The translations under genes were made by a program, and so were the position numbers. The notes under the pieces were generated by a model. That model saw only the letters and a program-made list of their open reading frames with translations. It was not told the origin of the DNA and did no database searches. Positions 48,661-60,700 of a DNA stretch of 64,000 nucleotides are shown here, piece after piece (position 1 is the first letter of the stretch; every line of letters begins with the position of its first letter). The stretch spans positions 20,150,001 to 20,214,000 of the forward strand of contig CM060731.1 in the NCBI GenBank assembly GCA_030704615.1, in the 5' to 3' direction. The DNA comes from Takakia lepidozioides. Lineage: Eukaryota > Plantae > Bryophyta.

Positions 48661-51600
48661 ATGAAGAGAGTGAGGGGAATGGAGGATATCAGGGTGAAGA
48701 GCACCACGATTCTGCAGAAGCAAACAATTGCTACACCGCAGGCAGTGCAGCTGCTGAGGGAGTTGCGATTGGAGGGGCTGCTACGCAAGGACTGGTCCTT
48801 GCATCATCGGCAGTATATGATTCAATTTCTTCAGAACTTTGAGCCTCGGAGAGTTACCCAGGTGAAGGGAATAGATATAGAGATTACTCCCCAGTACTTG
48901 CAGCAATTGTTTGATTTGTCATCAGGACATGTGGATGTGGATGAGCACATGGCAAGATTGCAGATAGGGAATTTGTTCCAAGAAGGGAGTTTCTTTACGA
49001 CTCAAGGTTACGCTTGTACCAAAGCCGAGTACCCAGGGCTCAGAGAAGTTGGCCAAATATTGAACGTTCTGTTTGCCATGAAACAGAACCAACAATATTT
49101 GAGCAGGTCATTCACAGAGGAGATCCTGAAAGCTTTGAGGGGAGAGGATGTAGCTTGGGCGAGGTTAATGTACAATGGTTTCGTGGACGAGATGAAGAGG
49201 TTACAGGGCACTGCTGCTAAGTCTCCGATCATTGTGTCTGGTCCAGTCATTGCCCAAATCATTCTTGACTCTTGCATACATGATACTCGGGAACGTAAGG
49301 AGATGGGAGTGTTTGAGGCAGTAACCACTGCAATTGAAGAGCAAGGCTCTTCACATAGTGAGGGTGGACTGGCAAGGCAACACCAGTCTTAGAGACAAAA
49401 GCGGGGTATGACTGTAGTGGTGGATCCACTGGCTTCACGGAAACCACAAGATGATGTTTCCCAAGCTCTTATGCAGGATGGGGCACAACAGCACATAGGG
49501 CTATTATTATTGGAAGCACGGCCTTCGGAGAGGGAAGAGGAAGTCAATTCGGTACCACAGCCACCACAGCCAGTTGACTCAGTTATCTTAGAGGTTCCAC
49601 AGTTAGAACATGCTGTGACACCACCCCCAATTGCTCTGGACGGAAAAAGGTTGGACATTCCCACTACAGAGCAGGTCGTGGCCGAAATTGAGAAGGGTGA
49701 CCTTCTCTATGAAAATTCTGGCTTGGTAAGGGAATCAGTGGTTCCAGAGGTGCAAAGTTTGTCAAGGGAAAACCCTGCTGTGCATGTAATACCCACACCT
49801 GTGACGGAGGTACCAGGGGTAGAATATAAGGACACTGCAGCACCTGTGGAGGATGAGGTGGTTCAGGAAGAGGATCTGGTGGGGCAATGGCCTGAATGGT
49901 TGGTGAGGCATCACACTATGGAGGATCAGGGAGAACAGCAGCAAGTTCACCATGATGACCCCTAGCAGGCCATGCTTATGAGTTCCATAAGCAGGACACT
50001 TAATTTGTTGGGCACTTATGTGAAATCCTATGTTCCATCTACCCAATTGGCAACTTTGAGGGAGGAACTCAGGAAGGAGTTTGAGGCTCGCATTGCCACT
50101 AAGTGTGCTAACAAGGTAGATGAGGAGGTCAATTTCAAGTTACAGCAAGAGTTGGAGGACACAAAGGCTGCCTTACAGTTGGCCAAGGGACATTTGATTG
50201 AAGCAGGTCTCGAGGAGGACCAATTACATGAAGCACATAAGCAACAGTTATACCAATTGCAGGTGAAGCATGAAGGCAAGTTGCAAGAAGTGAACGTACT
50301 ATATACATAGTTGGAGGCAGTACATTAGAGGATGACCATACAATGTGCTACACTCACAACTACTCTAGAGCAAACTGCATTAGAAGTTAACAGACAAGGG
50401 GAGAGATGTATGAGGGCAGAAGCTGAGATAATAGAGCAAGCAAAACTCATTGTTGATATGAAGGATACAATTTGTCACAATGAGAATACTTTCAAACAAT
50501 ACAGACAGGTTGAGGCTGACCATGAGAGGTACATCCTGGAGTTGCAACAAACAGTCATGGTCAATAGAAATGAACTCTCTGTGGCTAACAAGGCATGGAA
50601 GGAAGCCAATAATTTGGCTGCTACTATGCGGGCCTGGTTGAACCTCATGCGAAGCGCATGGAGGCTTTACAGCAGCAGTCAGATGTGTACAGACTCACGG
50701 AGGAGCAGACTCTCAGGGGTGCCACGCAGGACTTGGTGGATAACCACCTTATGCAGGTCTGGTTAGCACAAGGGCCGGTAGAAGGCAAAGCACCAAGGAA
50801 GCTCACCCAGGGCGAGATGAATGACCTCAGATTGCAGGTGCAGAACATTGCCACGACTACTATAGACAATGTCTATAGTAGGATAGCGGAGCTACAAGAG
50901 GATGTGGAAGGCATGCAGACTCAAGTGGATGACCTAAGTTCAAATATTGACAAGAGAGTCTTTGTTCCTGAGGAGCAGCTGATGGCTACTTATTTACATG
51001 CCAGGACTCTAATTTGTCATGCACCTAAGCATCGTGCCACAACATACATCGCTGTCCACCATACATTATAAGCACACAATCCTAGAAAGTTATGCCACAA
51101 TAGATAATGGAAGTGAACACACAATGGAAACACTCCACTCATGAATCCACTCAAAGCCAAGGGCACCTTTGCTAAATGAATCCACCCTACAAAGCCCTCA
51201 CCACACTCCCTCTCAATACCTAGAGCTATGGAGGTGGGAGAGGCTCATGGAGGCTCAACTACAAGAAGATGAGCCTCCTCAACACTCACAAGGGGAATGT
51301 CTCAAGTGAGGCTCAACACCTCACTTGGCATGTGAGACCAAATGAAGTCCCAACACACAAAATATAAATATAAATATCTAAAATGTCCTAGTTAACTAGA
51401 AGTAGGTAATTCTAGATAACCATGACTAAAACCATGACAGCTGTCGTGTACCTAAACATAGTGCCACAACATACATCGCTGTCCACCACACAATCTAAGC
51501 ACACAATCCTAGAAAGCTATACCACAATCGCCCCCCTAGCTGGTGGTTAGGTCCCTCTAACTCCAGATAGCTACAAGATGTAACAGCCACAGCCGTACTA

Positions 51601-53197
51601 AGTCCTCTATCACTGTTCCTATTGTACTCAAACTCTATAGACCAGCCTCCATGAGCCTCTCCCACCTCCATAGCTCTAGGTATTGAGAGGGAGTGTGGTG
51701 AGGGCTTTGTAGGGTGGATTCCTTTAGCAAAGGTGCCCTTGGCTTGACTTAGTTTATGTGATTGAGTGGATTCATGAGTGGAGTGTTTCCACTGTGTGTT
51801 CACTTCCATTATCACTACAAGAAGATGAGCCCTCCTCAACACTCACAAGGGGAAAACCCATCCCCATGTCCCAAGTGAGGTTTGACACCTCACTTGGCAT
51901 GTGAGACCAAATGAAGTCCCAACATACAAAATACAAATATAAATATCCAAAATGTCTTAGTTAACTAGAAGTAGGTAATTCTAGTTAACCATGACTAAAA
52001 CCATGACAAATTTTTCAGTCTTCTTCGCAGGGGGTGCAGGAGATGCCAGTGGTAGAAGGGCCAGTGGTACCAATACCACAGCAGGTGCCTGTGCAGGTAG
52101 CTGACCCTGTTGCTACTACAGCCAAACCACAGCCTGAGGTATGGGGGGATGCTGCTTTTAACCCACCTAGGACTCCTGCTGCACGGGAGTACAGTCGGGC
52201 TATGATTATGCCCTTCAACCAAATTCCCATTGTGCTGGATTTGGCTTGGAAAGAATTTAGTCCTCTGCAGTCGTTGGCACATTACTACTAGATCATGCGC
52301 ATTTGGTTGCCAGTGGCAACTCGGACTAAGGTTCTTCCGAACAATCGACCCATTGAGGATCATCACTTTGCGAGGTACTGGTCTGAGGCAGGTACCATGT
52401 TGAAGGAATTAATTGTCTTCCAGGTTGTACATGGGTACATCTAAGACCAAGGAGGTATCTAGTATTGTCATGGGCTGTGGATTATACTATGCTACTTGTT
52501 TTCTGGCATGTTATCACATTGAGCAGCAGAAGATGCAATCACGATTTCTGAGTTATTCCAGTGGGGATCATTGGGTCTTACCTTCAGTGCCACCTCATAT
52601 ATACCTATATGATGTAAAAGTTATGATGCAGAAGGATTCCCAACTTCGTTCATGGTTTAATTCGGCTTGAACAATTTGACAACACAGAAATTCGGCCCTG
52701 AGGATATTTTCTTTAAGGGACATAAAGCCTGGAAATACTTACACTGTTCCAAAGTCATTGGCACATCTCTCACCTATACGGATAAAGAGTTAAGGACGTT
52801 CACTAATTTTGCTTGCAAGCGCTTACAGCAAGTTGTACAGTTTAAACTTCCAGACATGGTGGGACCACATTGTATGCCACACAAGATTCCACTTAAAGTT
52901 CGGCCTTTAAAACACCTACGGGGGGACGAGGATTCTGATACTACTGTTTCTTCAGAGGTCTCTTTTGACATGGCAGAGGACTATGCACTTCAGATGGCAG
53001 AGAAGAAACGACGGGGATCTCCTATGCCTGAGAGGTTACCTCGTTATCAGCCAAAAGAGGGTCAGACATTTCCAGGTAGTGCTCAATCATCTCCATCAGC
53101 TAGTGACAAGACTCGGGCTCGCACACGGAGTCCTTCACAAGACTCTCACCGACAAAAGGGTGCTCGTTCACAAAGGTTTGCTAATCCTAAACACTAA
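48661..53197 (+). pseudogene. Extra (env-position) ORF of the gypsy element, ~1180 codons after removing the insertion: globular N-terminus, Pro/Glu linker, long coiled coil, unknown C-terminal domain, Ser/Arg tail
   Basis: Consecutive ORF pieces at 48520/49408/49972/50332/50658/52034/52413/52667, separated by point stops and few frameshifts. Ends 22 bp before the PPT. Confidence 0.75.
51015..52008. mobile_element. Head-to-tail pair of related LTRs (51015-51439 and 51442-52008) joined by GC, with no internal domain
   Basis: Each unit runs TGTC(A/G)TG...CATGACA. One AATT TSD flanks the pair (51011-51014, 52009-52012). Removal restores the host frame (RTLI-FQSSSQGVQE). Confidence 0.85.
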
Positions 53198-53235
53198 ACC
53201 GTGAGGACACGACTTTTTGAGAGGGGGAGGGGTAA

Positions 53236-54114
53236 TGTTAGAGGGCTGCTTGGGACTTAGACGCTTTTACGGGTTCTGTCGGGTACCCTTATTTTTTGCA
53301 CAGACTGAGACCAACATGAGTCTTAGGGGTGGCAGAAGCAGGCTTTAGGGGGGTTACACAGCCCGACACAGCTCGGCACAGCTTGACACAGCCTGTCACA
53401 GTACATGGGGAACAGTTATCATTGACAGGGAACGACTGTGAGGGAACGACATCTGCAGAGGGAACGTGTTACTTCAGGGTGACGGTTAGTTAGTTAGGTG
53501 GTTAGAACAGCTTGCGGGTAGATTAGGAGAGCGGCAACGGGAAGGGGATCACTTCTGGAGGAGGGCGACTTGTTCAGGAGAGGAGGAGACGTAACGGGGA
53601 GCAGGAAACAGTGGAGAGGAGATGATGACTTGAATGAGGCTTAATTCATGCAAGCTGTAGAATTATACAGTAGGATAGAATAGAGACACCATGGCATATG
53701 CATGATACATGATTAATCTTAAATCCGATACTGAATCGATACAAACATACTGTATAGAGAGACACGAGAGAAGTTGTGGATTGAATGCATGATTAACTGG
53801 AACTTAGTAGATACTGAAGCAAACTGATGCTTCAATATACACGATAAGGTAAATTGATAACATGAAGGCAGGAAAGAATACAAATAGGAAGCACAACCAT
53901 GATTCACTAGCTGCAGGTCATGACTGATTGTTCTAAGCGGGCTGAGTGCTTAGAGATATCCAACTCTTCTATCTTGGAGTTTCCACCTCGGATAGCGAAG
54001 GGATGGGTGAGTCAAAGCCGCTCGACAAAGATGTGGTGCACGATGTGGCCATTGACTACTATGGAAAGCGACGACTGTTAGTACCATGATTTGGTATTCT
54101 TCTTGCTGTTTACA
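53236..54114 (+). repeat. 3' LTR of the gypsy element (~880 bp)
   Basis: TGTTAG starts 3 bp after the PPT. TTTACA at 54114 coincides with the start of CACTA-homologous DNA. No partner LTR is available to confirm the end. Confidence 0.65.
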
Positions 54115-54116
54115 AG

Positions 54117-54362
54117 GTTCTTCGGAGAGTCAGCTTGGTCTTAGCAGGTCGTGCTTCAATCTCTGCTCGCTCAGCTGCACACTGTGGTGGTTCTTATGGA
54201 CCAATCCGACATACCGGACTACAGACACTAGCAACACACACAAGAGGTCTGTTTGGGTTCATGGTCAGTCAAATCCTCCATGGGTCATGACACAGGGTCG
54301 AGGAGAATGTGGTGAGGGCACCTTCTTCTTTGACCTATTTCAGGCTGTTTTGCCCTCTCAGT
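54117..54362 (-). repeat. Inverted diverged copy of the CACTA subterminal region ~41550-41778 (module X)
   Basis: The reverse complement matches GAGAGGGCAA..GAAGAAGGTGCCCT..CATGGAGGATTTGAC..GCTAAGACCAAGCTGACTCTCC. Confidence 0.85.
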
Positions 54363-55076
54363 ACGAGAAGTTCCGAGAGCGCCGGATTGCTGCCATAAAG
54401 GAGGTGGACTTATGGTGTCACTTCACCACAAGGGCTACTGCCTTCCAGCTGAAAGGTGGACACCTTCATAACACACCAGACCGTGGTTTGAACCCACAAC
54501 CACATCCAACGTGGTATGTGCTTTTACCACTAGGCTACATGCTGGTTGTCCTTGTGAGGGTATATAAAGAGAGCCGGCTCTCTTCCAGTGCGTCTTACTA
54601 TCTATTAAGTTACTACTTACTAGTACCTAGGCTATGCACACGCAGGCCCCCAAAAATATCTGTAAACAACGGTACACCATTCCATAATTAATTGATAGAA
54701 TAGTTAGCTGAGATGAATAAGAGCCCCCCAAGTTTGCATGGGCCTGTCCATTTAGAGGATGGTCCAAGAATTTAAAAGAGGATATATTATAAGCTACACA
54801 AGGATTTGAAGAAATAGCAGTTGTGTAAGGGGATAAAAAAAGAAAAGAAAAAAGATAGGTAAAAATGCCACAGCTATTAAATGGGGGATGGTTCGGGCGG
54901 CAAATTGGGGTAAGTAGAGTCCAGGTGTAACGGATGACACGTTTTGACATTTGGTACAGTCAAACCTCTTTAATAGTTATCAGTTGGGAGTAGGGAAAAG
55001 TTAACCAGTAGAGATAATGTAACTAGTAGTTGTAGAGAGGTTGTGGGCCCACTTACATCACTTTTATACATACATA

Positions 55077-55642
55077 GGGCTCTCATTTTTTAATAATAGG
55101 GTCATGAATGCACGGGTGGGCCCCGCCAGTACGACCCTTGGGGTGAGCTCATAAGCCCACCGCCCATTCACCGCGTGGGCGAGATTCTGAAATTTTTCTA
55201 AGTCCTTGTTCATGTACGTGGCGGACCTTCTAACAGACTGGGCAGACCCTCCAACAGACCGACTCCAACCTTCTAGCGGACAGGCAGGCAGACTCTCCAG
55301 CAGACCGACGAGCGGACTGGCACCTCTCCAGCAGACCGGTAGACTTTCCAAGCAGACCCCCCCTCCGGCATACCGGCTTGGACCCTCCAATAGACCAGCA
55401 GACCCTTCGACAAAATATATAATTAATAACAAACATTACTACCATGGTACAACCTAATGAGATTTGAACACCACACTTTGTGTATACCATTCATTGCTCT
55501 TAACCACCACACTACCCACCGCTATCTACAAACCCATGCAATAACTAATGCTTTATGTGTATATTGTGGGCCTGCCACACGCAGGCCCCGCCGCAGCCAC
55601 ATGTGCGGACATTCATGACCCTATTATTGTTAAATGAGAAGC
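55077..55642. mobile_element. 566-bp MITE in a TA-rich site
   Basis: ~33-bp TIR (TCTCATTTTTTAATAATAGGGTCATGAATG / TCTCATTTAACAATAATAGGGTCATGAATG), TA on both sides, internal CAGACC/CAGACT array at 55225-55405. Confidence 0.8.
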
Positions 55643-56163
55643 TATAATATATTATAAACGACTATCGAGTCTAGATCATTTCTAAGTTAACTATTACAGA
55701 GGCATTCTATGCCAAGCCGGGACCACCCGATATATATAGGTAAGGTACTTCTGCTGCAACTGAATAACTGGATAGCCCGTGCTCAACGCAGGGCCAATAA
55801 ATTTCATTGAAAGTAGCGAGTGAGTGTGGTTTGATGGGTTCCAAACTAACAATGCAAACTTGATATATCTTTTTCAAGCACCCTCCAAAGCCTATTGAAC
55901 TAAAGTAGTATTATACAACTATGTTGCTCTAGATAAAAGCAAAGGTTTGTAGGCTTGCCACACAGATGAAGATGTAACAGCAGGTTCTTTGAAACTCTGA
56001 AAAATTGCAGTCACGTTGTTTCCTTTCGGCCATCATGTGGATAAAATACAATCCCAAATGTCATCTTCCAAATCGATCTCTGGTGCGACACTCAAATCGA
56101 GGTCGAGTTCTGTCGCAAACTCCATGTACTTTGTGACAAGCGTCAATAGTGGGAATAGCCCTG

Positions 56164-56885
56164 TGTCGCGCACCTCACTTCGGTAAACTCCCCTTCAAGT
56201 CATAGTTACTCGCTTTGATGCGCGCGCCTGACTCCCAACCTGGCCGCCGGGCCAACTTGGAGTTTCGGCTGCTCACCGGGACATAACGGTCCCCTTCGCT
56301 TCCCTCTAAACCCTCCACCTATTTGGGACTAGGAGAATTCCCTTTGGTAGATGGCAGTCCGGAACAGCTCCCCACTCTTTGGTCGCTTTCCGGCTCGCTC
56401 GCTTACTCACTAGTTTTTGGTCACCAACGGGCTTGCACCGTTCTCGGGGTTACTACTCCCTATATATACTTCTGTAGCTGTCCGCGGGGGTTTCATAACC
56501 AGCCATGCCATTTTATGGCGAACCACCACGAAAACCCTCGACTCCCGGTGGTGAGTCGCGGTGAGTCTTGGCCCACTCACCACGGCCCCAATGGACCGTG
56601 ATGAGTCCCAAGACTCCCCACGACTCCCACCACGAGGTCTCCACCCCATGGTGAGTCCTATGCCACCCCCACTAAGTCCCACTAAGCTACCACCACCCCT
56701 TGTGGAGCCACCCCACCGCAACCCGGTGTGCGGGGCTCCACCTAGTGAGCGCCTCCGCCTCCTTGAGTGCCTTGGGCACTCAAGGGTGCTTCAGCCCCCC
56801 ATACCTATCGCTGCCGCTGCCCCCACCACAGGGGCAGCCCCTCATGTGTCCCGACCCCCTGCCCTCAAGGCAAAGGGCCGCGACA
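56164..56885 (-). repeat. 3' LTR (722 bp)
   Basis: Differs from 62406-63128 by about 3 substitutions and one C indel (counted by eye). TATATATA near 56461. TGAGTC motif cluster in U3. Confidence 0.97.
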
Positions 56886-57791
56886 CACACCCCTACCAAC
56901 AGGGAGTCGATGTCCTCATCGACTTGTCCATTTTGTAGAAACGAACATCCAAGTTGTGGCGTCCCACATCAAGGAGTTTGTTTCCGTACCATGGCGTCCC
57001 ATGGCAAAGAACCAAACCCCACACTTGACTCTACTCTCCACTAGCTAGTTCGGCCGACTTCCTCCAAGTCCCGGCCAAGGGTGGAGCCTCTCCAGCTCCT
57101 CCCAGTGCACTCTTCTTGGCCTACTTCAAGGCCAAGGAACGATCCTCCCCGAGGATCGAATCGCCTTACTGCAACAACATTGCTTGCGATCGCTCATGAT
57201 GCCGCTTTTGGCATCACCTTGAGCAAGGGTTCACCTGGAACCCTCTTTGACTAGGAAGATAACCTTGAACCAACCGTGCGCCCCAATCACTACAATTGGG
57301 TCCGCCTTGGAATGCTGGCCTGAGGTACGGGAACACGCCGAAGCCGCACTACGACTTCGTCCCGAGGCTACACGATTATAGTACGTGAACGGAAGCACGT
57401 AGCTTCCGCGTTAGCCCGCACTACAAGGCAACCCCCTCGGTAGCGCAGTTATAGTACGCGCACGCGCCAGGTGCGCACTAGCACGTGAACTCCCAAAGAA
57501 GGCGCAAGTTTCCTTGCCCCTTGGATGGGAGTCACCCGATTTCGGCACTGCGCAAACACACGATTAACCCAATTTACCTCTCCCACTTTTGTAAGCTAGC
57601 ATGCATTCTACACACTAGCCAACCACACCATGCATCACCATTCCAAACACAATAGGACGCACAATATTTGGAACCCATTTCCTTTATAACAAATTTTTGT
57701 ACAATACAAGTTTTTGCAATCGGATTCCTGAGCTAGCTAAACCGGGCTAAGCATGCATTTCCTCCCCCACGCTCCAAGGTTGATGTCCCCA

Positions 57792-60700
57792 TCAACGCTT
57801 CTTCCGCTTTTGAGGTCGCCCTTCGAAAGCTGCAACCGCCTCGGATGCGTTTCCCATTTCTGAGGCACGCACCCAAGATGCCTCCACATGATGATAGCCC
57901 TTCCATTTGACGAGATACTCCGTTTCTCGGTTCTTGAACCTCCTCGACTTAAGTATTGCCTCCACCTCGTACTCAGGTTCATTTTCATGATCCAACAGCA
58001 TAGGTGGCGGACGCAACACTTGATGCCGATTCGGACGCGCTTCATCTTTGAAGTAAGGCTTCAAAAGGGAGACATGGAATACTGGGTGCACCTTGCTGTT
58101 TGCCGGCAGCTCCAATTCATACACATCCTCATTCATAACCTTCCGAATGCGAAAGGGTCCCGCATACGGAGGTACGAACTTCGGACTCACTTCCGGAGGT
58201 AGTCGAAAATTCTTGATGTTCAACCAGACCTCTGTGCCTGCCTCAAACTTCACTTCCCTCCGCTTCCGATTCGCCTGCCTTTCATACCGTTTCCTAGCTT
58301 TGGCAATGTTGTACTTTGCGAGCTTCAACAAACGCTCGCGTTCTTCCAGTACCGCCGCTACTGCCGGTTCCTCAACGTCCTGGGCGGCCCAACTTGTCGG
58401 CACCAGAGGTGCTTTTCCATAGACCAATACAAAAGGGGAAACTCCCGTTGCGGAGTGTTCTGTGTTATTATAACAGAACTCTGCCGCGTCTAAGTGTTCC
58501 ATCCAGTCTGATTGGTCTGCCGACACGTAATTCCGCAAGAATTGCTTCACTACGGAATTCACTCTTTCCGTTTGGCCGTCCGTCGTAGGTCGGAAGGCGG
58601 TGCTCATCTTCAGCCTCGTCCCCATCTTCTTCCAAAGTGCTCTCCAAAATTTACTCGTAAACTTTGGATCGCGGTCCGAGACAATATCCTTCGGGACTCC
58701 ATGATGCTTTAAGACGTGGGCGAAGTAAAGTCGCCCTGTCTCCTGCGCCGTTGCCGTCTCCTTGGTGGGGATGAAATGGCCATTTTACTGAACCTATCTA
58801 CCACCACCATGATTGCATCGAATCCTTTTGACAGCGGCATAGCAGTCATGAAATCCATCGAGACGCTTTCCCAAGTCCCCTCTGGAATCGGCAAGGGTTG
58901 TAACAGCCCCGCTTGCTTTTTGTACTCGCTCCGGTTTTGTTGGCATGTGGTGCATGTCTTGACATACTCCTCTGCCTCCTCCCTCAGTTTGGGCCAGAAA
59001 TACTCTTTCTTCAAGAGTGCCGCAGTGCGCTTGGCTCCGCCGTGGCCCGCAAGCGGGCTATCATGGCATTCTCTCAAGAGACTATCTCTGATCCCTCCCT
59101 TTGGCACGTAGAGACGTTTTTGCTTATACCGGAGCAGTCCATTTTGCAAGTGGAACTGCGATTTAACCCCCATTCTCAAGTCCTGCATCACGGACTTTGC
59201 CAGCTCATCCTTCCGGCAAGCCTTCCGGATCTTCCTTTGGAGCGCCGTCTCGCCCTTGTACACCAACAAGAGCTGCTGCTTTCTACTTAAAGCATCGGCC
59301 ACCACATTGTCCCGTCCCGGTTTGTACTGGATATCCACGTCGAACACTGCCAAAGTATCTTGCCACCTAAGTTGTTTTGGGGACAACTTGGGCTGCGTGG
59401 CAAAATACTTCACCGTGACATTGTCCGTGAACACCTTCACTGGGTTGGAACCAACATAGTGGCGCCAAAGCTCAAGGCAATGCACCACCGCCTTCATCTC
59501 TTTTTCGTGCGTCGGCCACCGTCGCTCCACTTCATTCAGTTTCTTACTTTCGTAAGCCACTGGACGTCCATCTTGCATAAGTACACCCCCAATCGCGAAG
59601 TCCGACGCATCTGTATGAATCTCAAACGGACGATCGAACTCCGGGATTTTCAAGACTGGAGCTTCCGCCATCCGCTGCTTCAATTCAGCAAAAGCTTGGC
59701 CACAAAATGTGTTCCATACCCAGACTTTGGATTTACACAGAAGGTCCGACAGCGGCCCCGCGATCTTGGCGAAATTTCTCACATACTTCCGGTAATAGGA
59801 GGCGAGTCCTAGGAAGGATCGCACTCCCGGGACCGAAGTCGGAGGCTCCCAGTCCAAGATCGCCCTCACCTTTCTGTCATCCATTTTGATCCCATCCTGT
59901 GTAATCACATGCCCCAAGAACTCCACTTTTGTGACCCCGAATTCGCACTTTGAAGCTTTGGCATACAGCTTCCCTTCTCGCAATTTTTGGAACACCCTTT
60001 TGAGGTGCTCCAGGTGCTCCTCCTTTGTTTTCGAGTACACCAAGATGTCGTCGATGTACACGATCACAAAGTCATCCAACCACTCCTGGAAAAGGCTGTT
60101 CATCAGCGTGCTAAATGTCGCTGGTGCATTGGTGAGCCCAAAAGGCATCACCAAGAACTCATATGAACCATACCTTGTCCTGCACGCGGTCTTCTCCTCA
60201 TCTCCTTCCGCCACCCGAATTTGTGATAGCCGGAGCGCAAGTCGATCCGGCTGAAATACTTCGCTCCTGCCAACCGATCGAAGAGGTCGTCGATCCTTGG
60301 CAAAGGGTACCGGTTTTTGATAGTCACCTTATTCAGAGCCCTGTAATCGACACACATCCGCAGCGTCCCATCCTTCTTGTCTGCAAATAGCACCGGGGCT
60401 CCGTAAGGTGACTTACTCGGCCGGATGTACCCCTTTGACATTAGATCCTTGAGCTGAGTCTTCAGCTCGACCAACTCTCTGTGGCTCAACCGGTAGGGCG
60501 CCTTGGCAGGCGGTTCCGATCCCGGTATCACCTCAATCTTGTGGTCAACTCCTCTTCGCGGTGGCAAGCCGCTTGGTAAATCCTCCGGCATCACATCCTG
60601 GTATTTCTCCAAAATCCCCTTGATCCAATCTGGGCTCGGCTCCCCATCGCCTTCTCCTTTCACTTCTCTAATGTAAAGCAAAAACTGGGCTCGTGTGCCT

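Larger units (their letters stand above)
42363..54114 (+). mobile_element. 5'-truncated non-chromovirus Ty3/gypsy LTR retrotransposon (Athila/Phygy-like pol) with an extra 3' ORF
   Basis: Begins mid-gag at the CACTA TIR. Order: gag-PR-RT-RH-IN, extra ORF, PPT GAGAGGGGGAGGGG (53219-53232), 3' LTR. Confidence 0.9.

Noticed and set aside
51813-51827. CACTACAAGAAGATG resembling the CACTA TIR at the inversion breakpoint
   Set aside because: No subterminal motifs, and the other LTR copy reads CAACTACAAG. Likely a chance product of the junction.
56323-57048. ORFs within the chromovirus LTRs (also 62565-63175)
   Set aside because: Duplicated only because they lie in the LTRs; low-complexity Pro/Gly translations.
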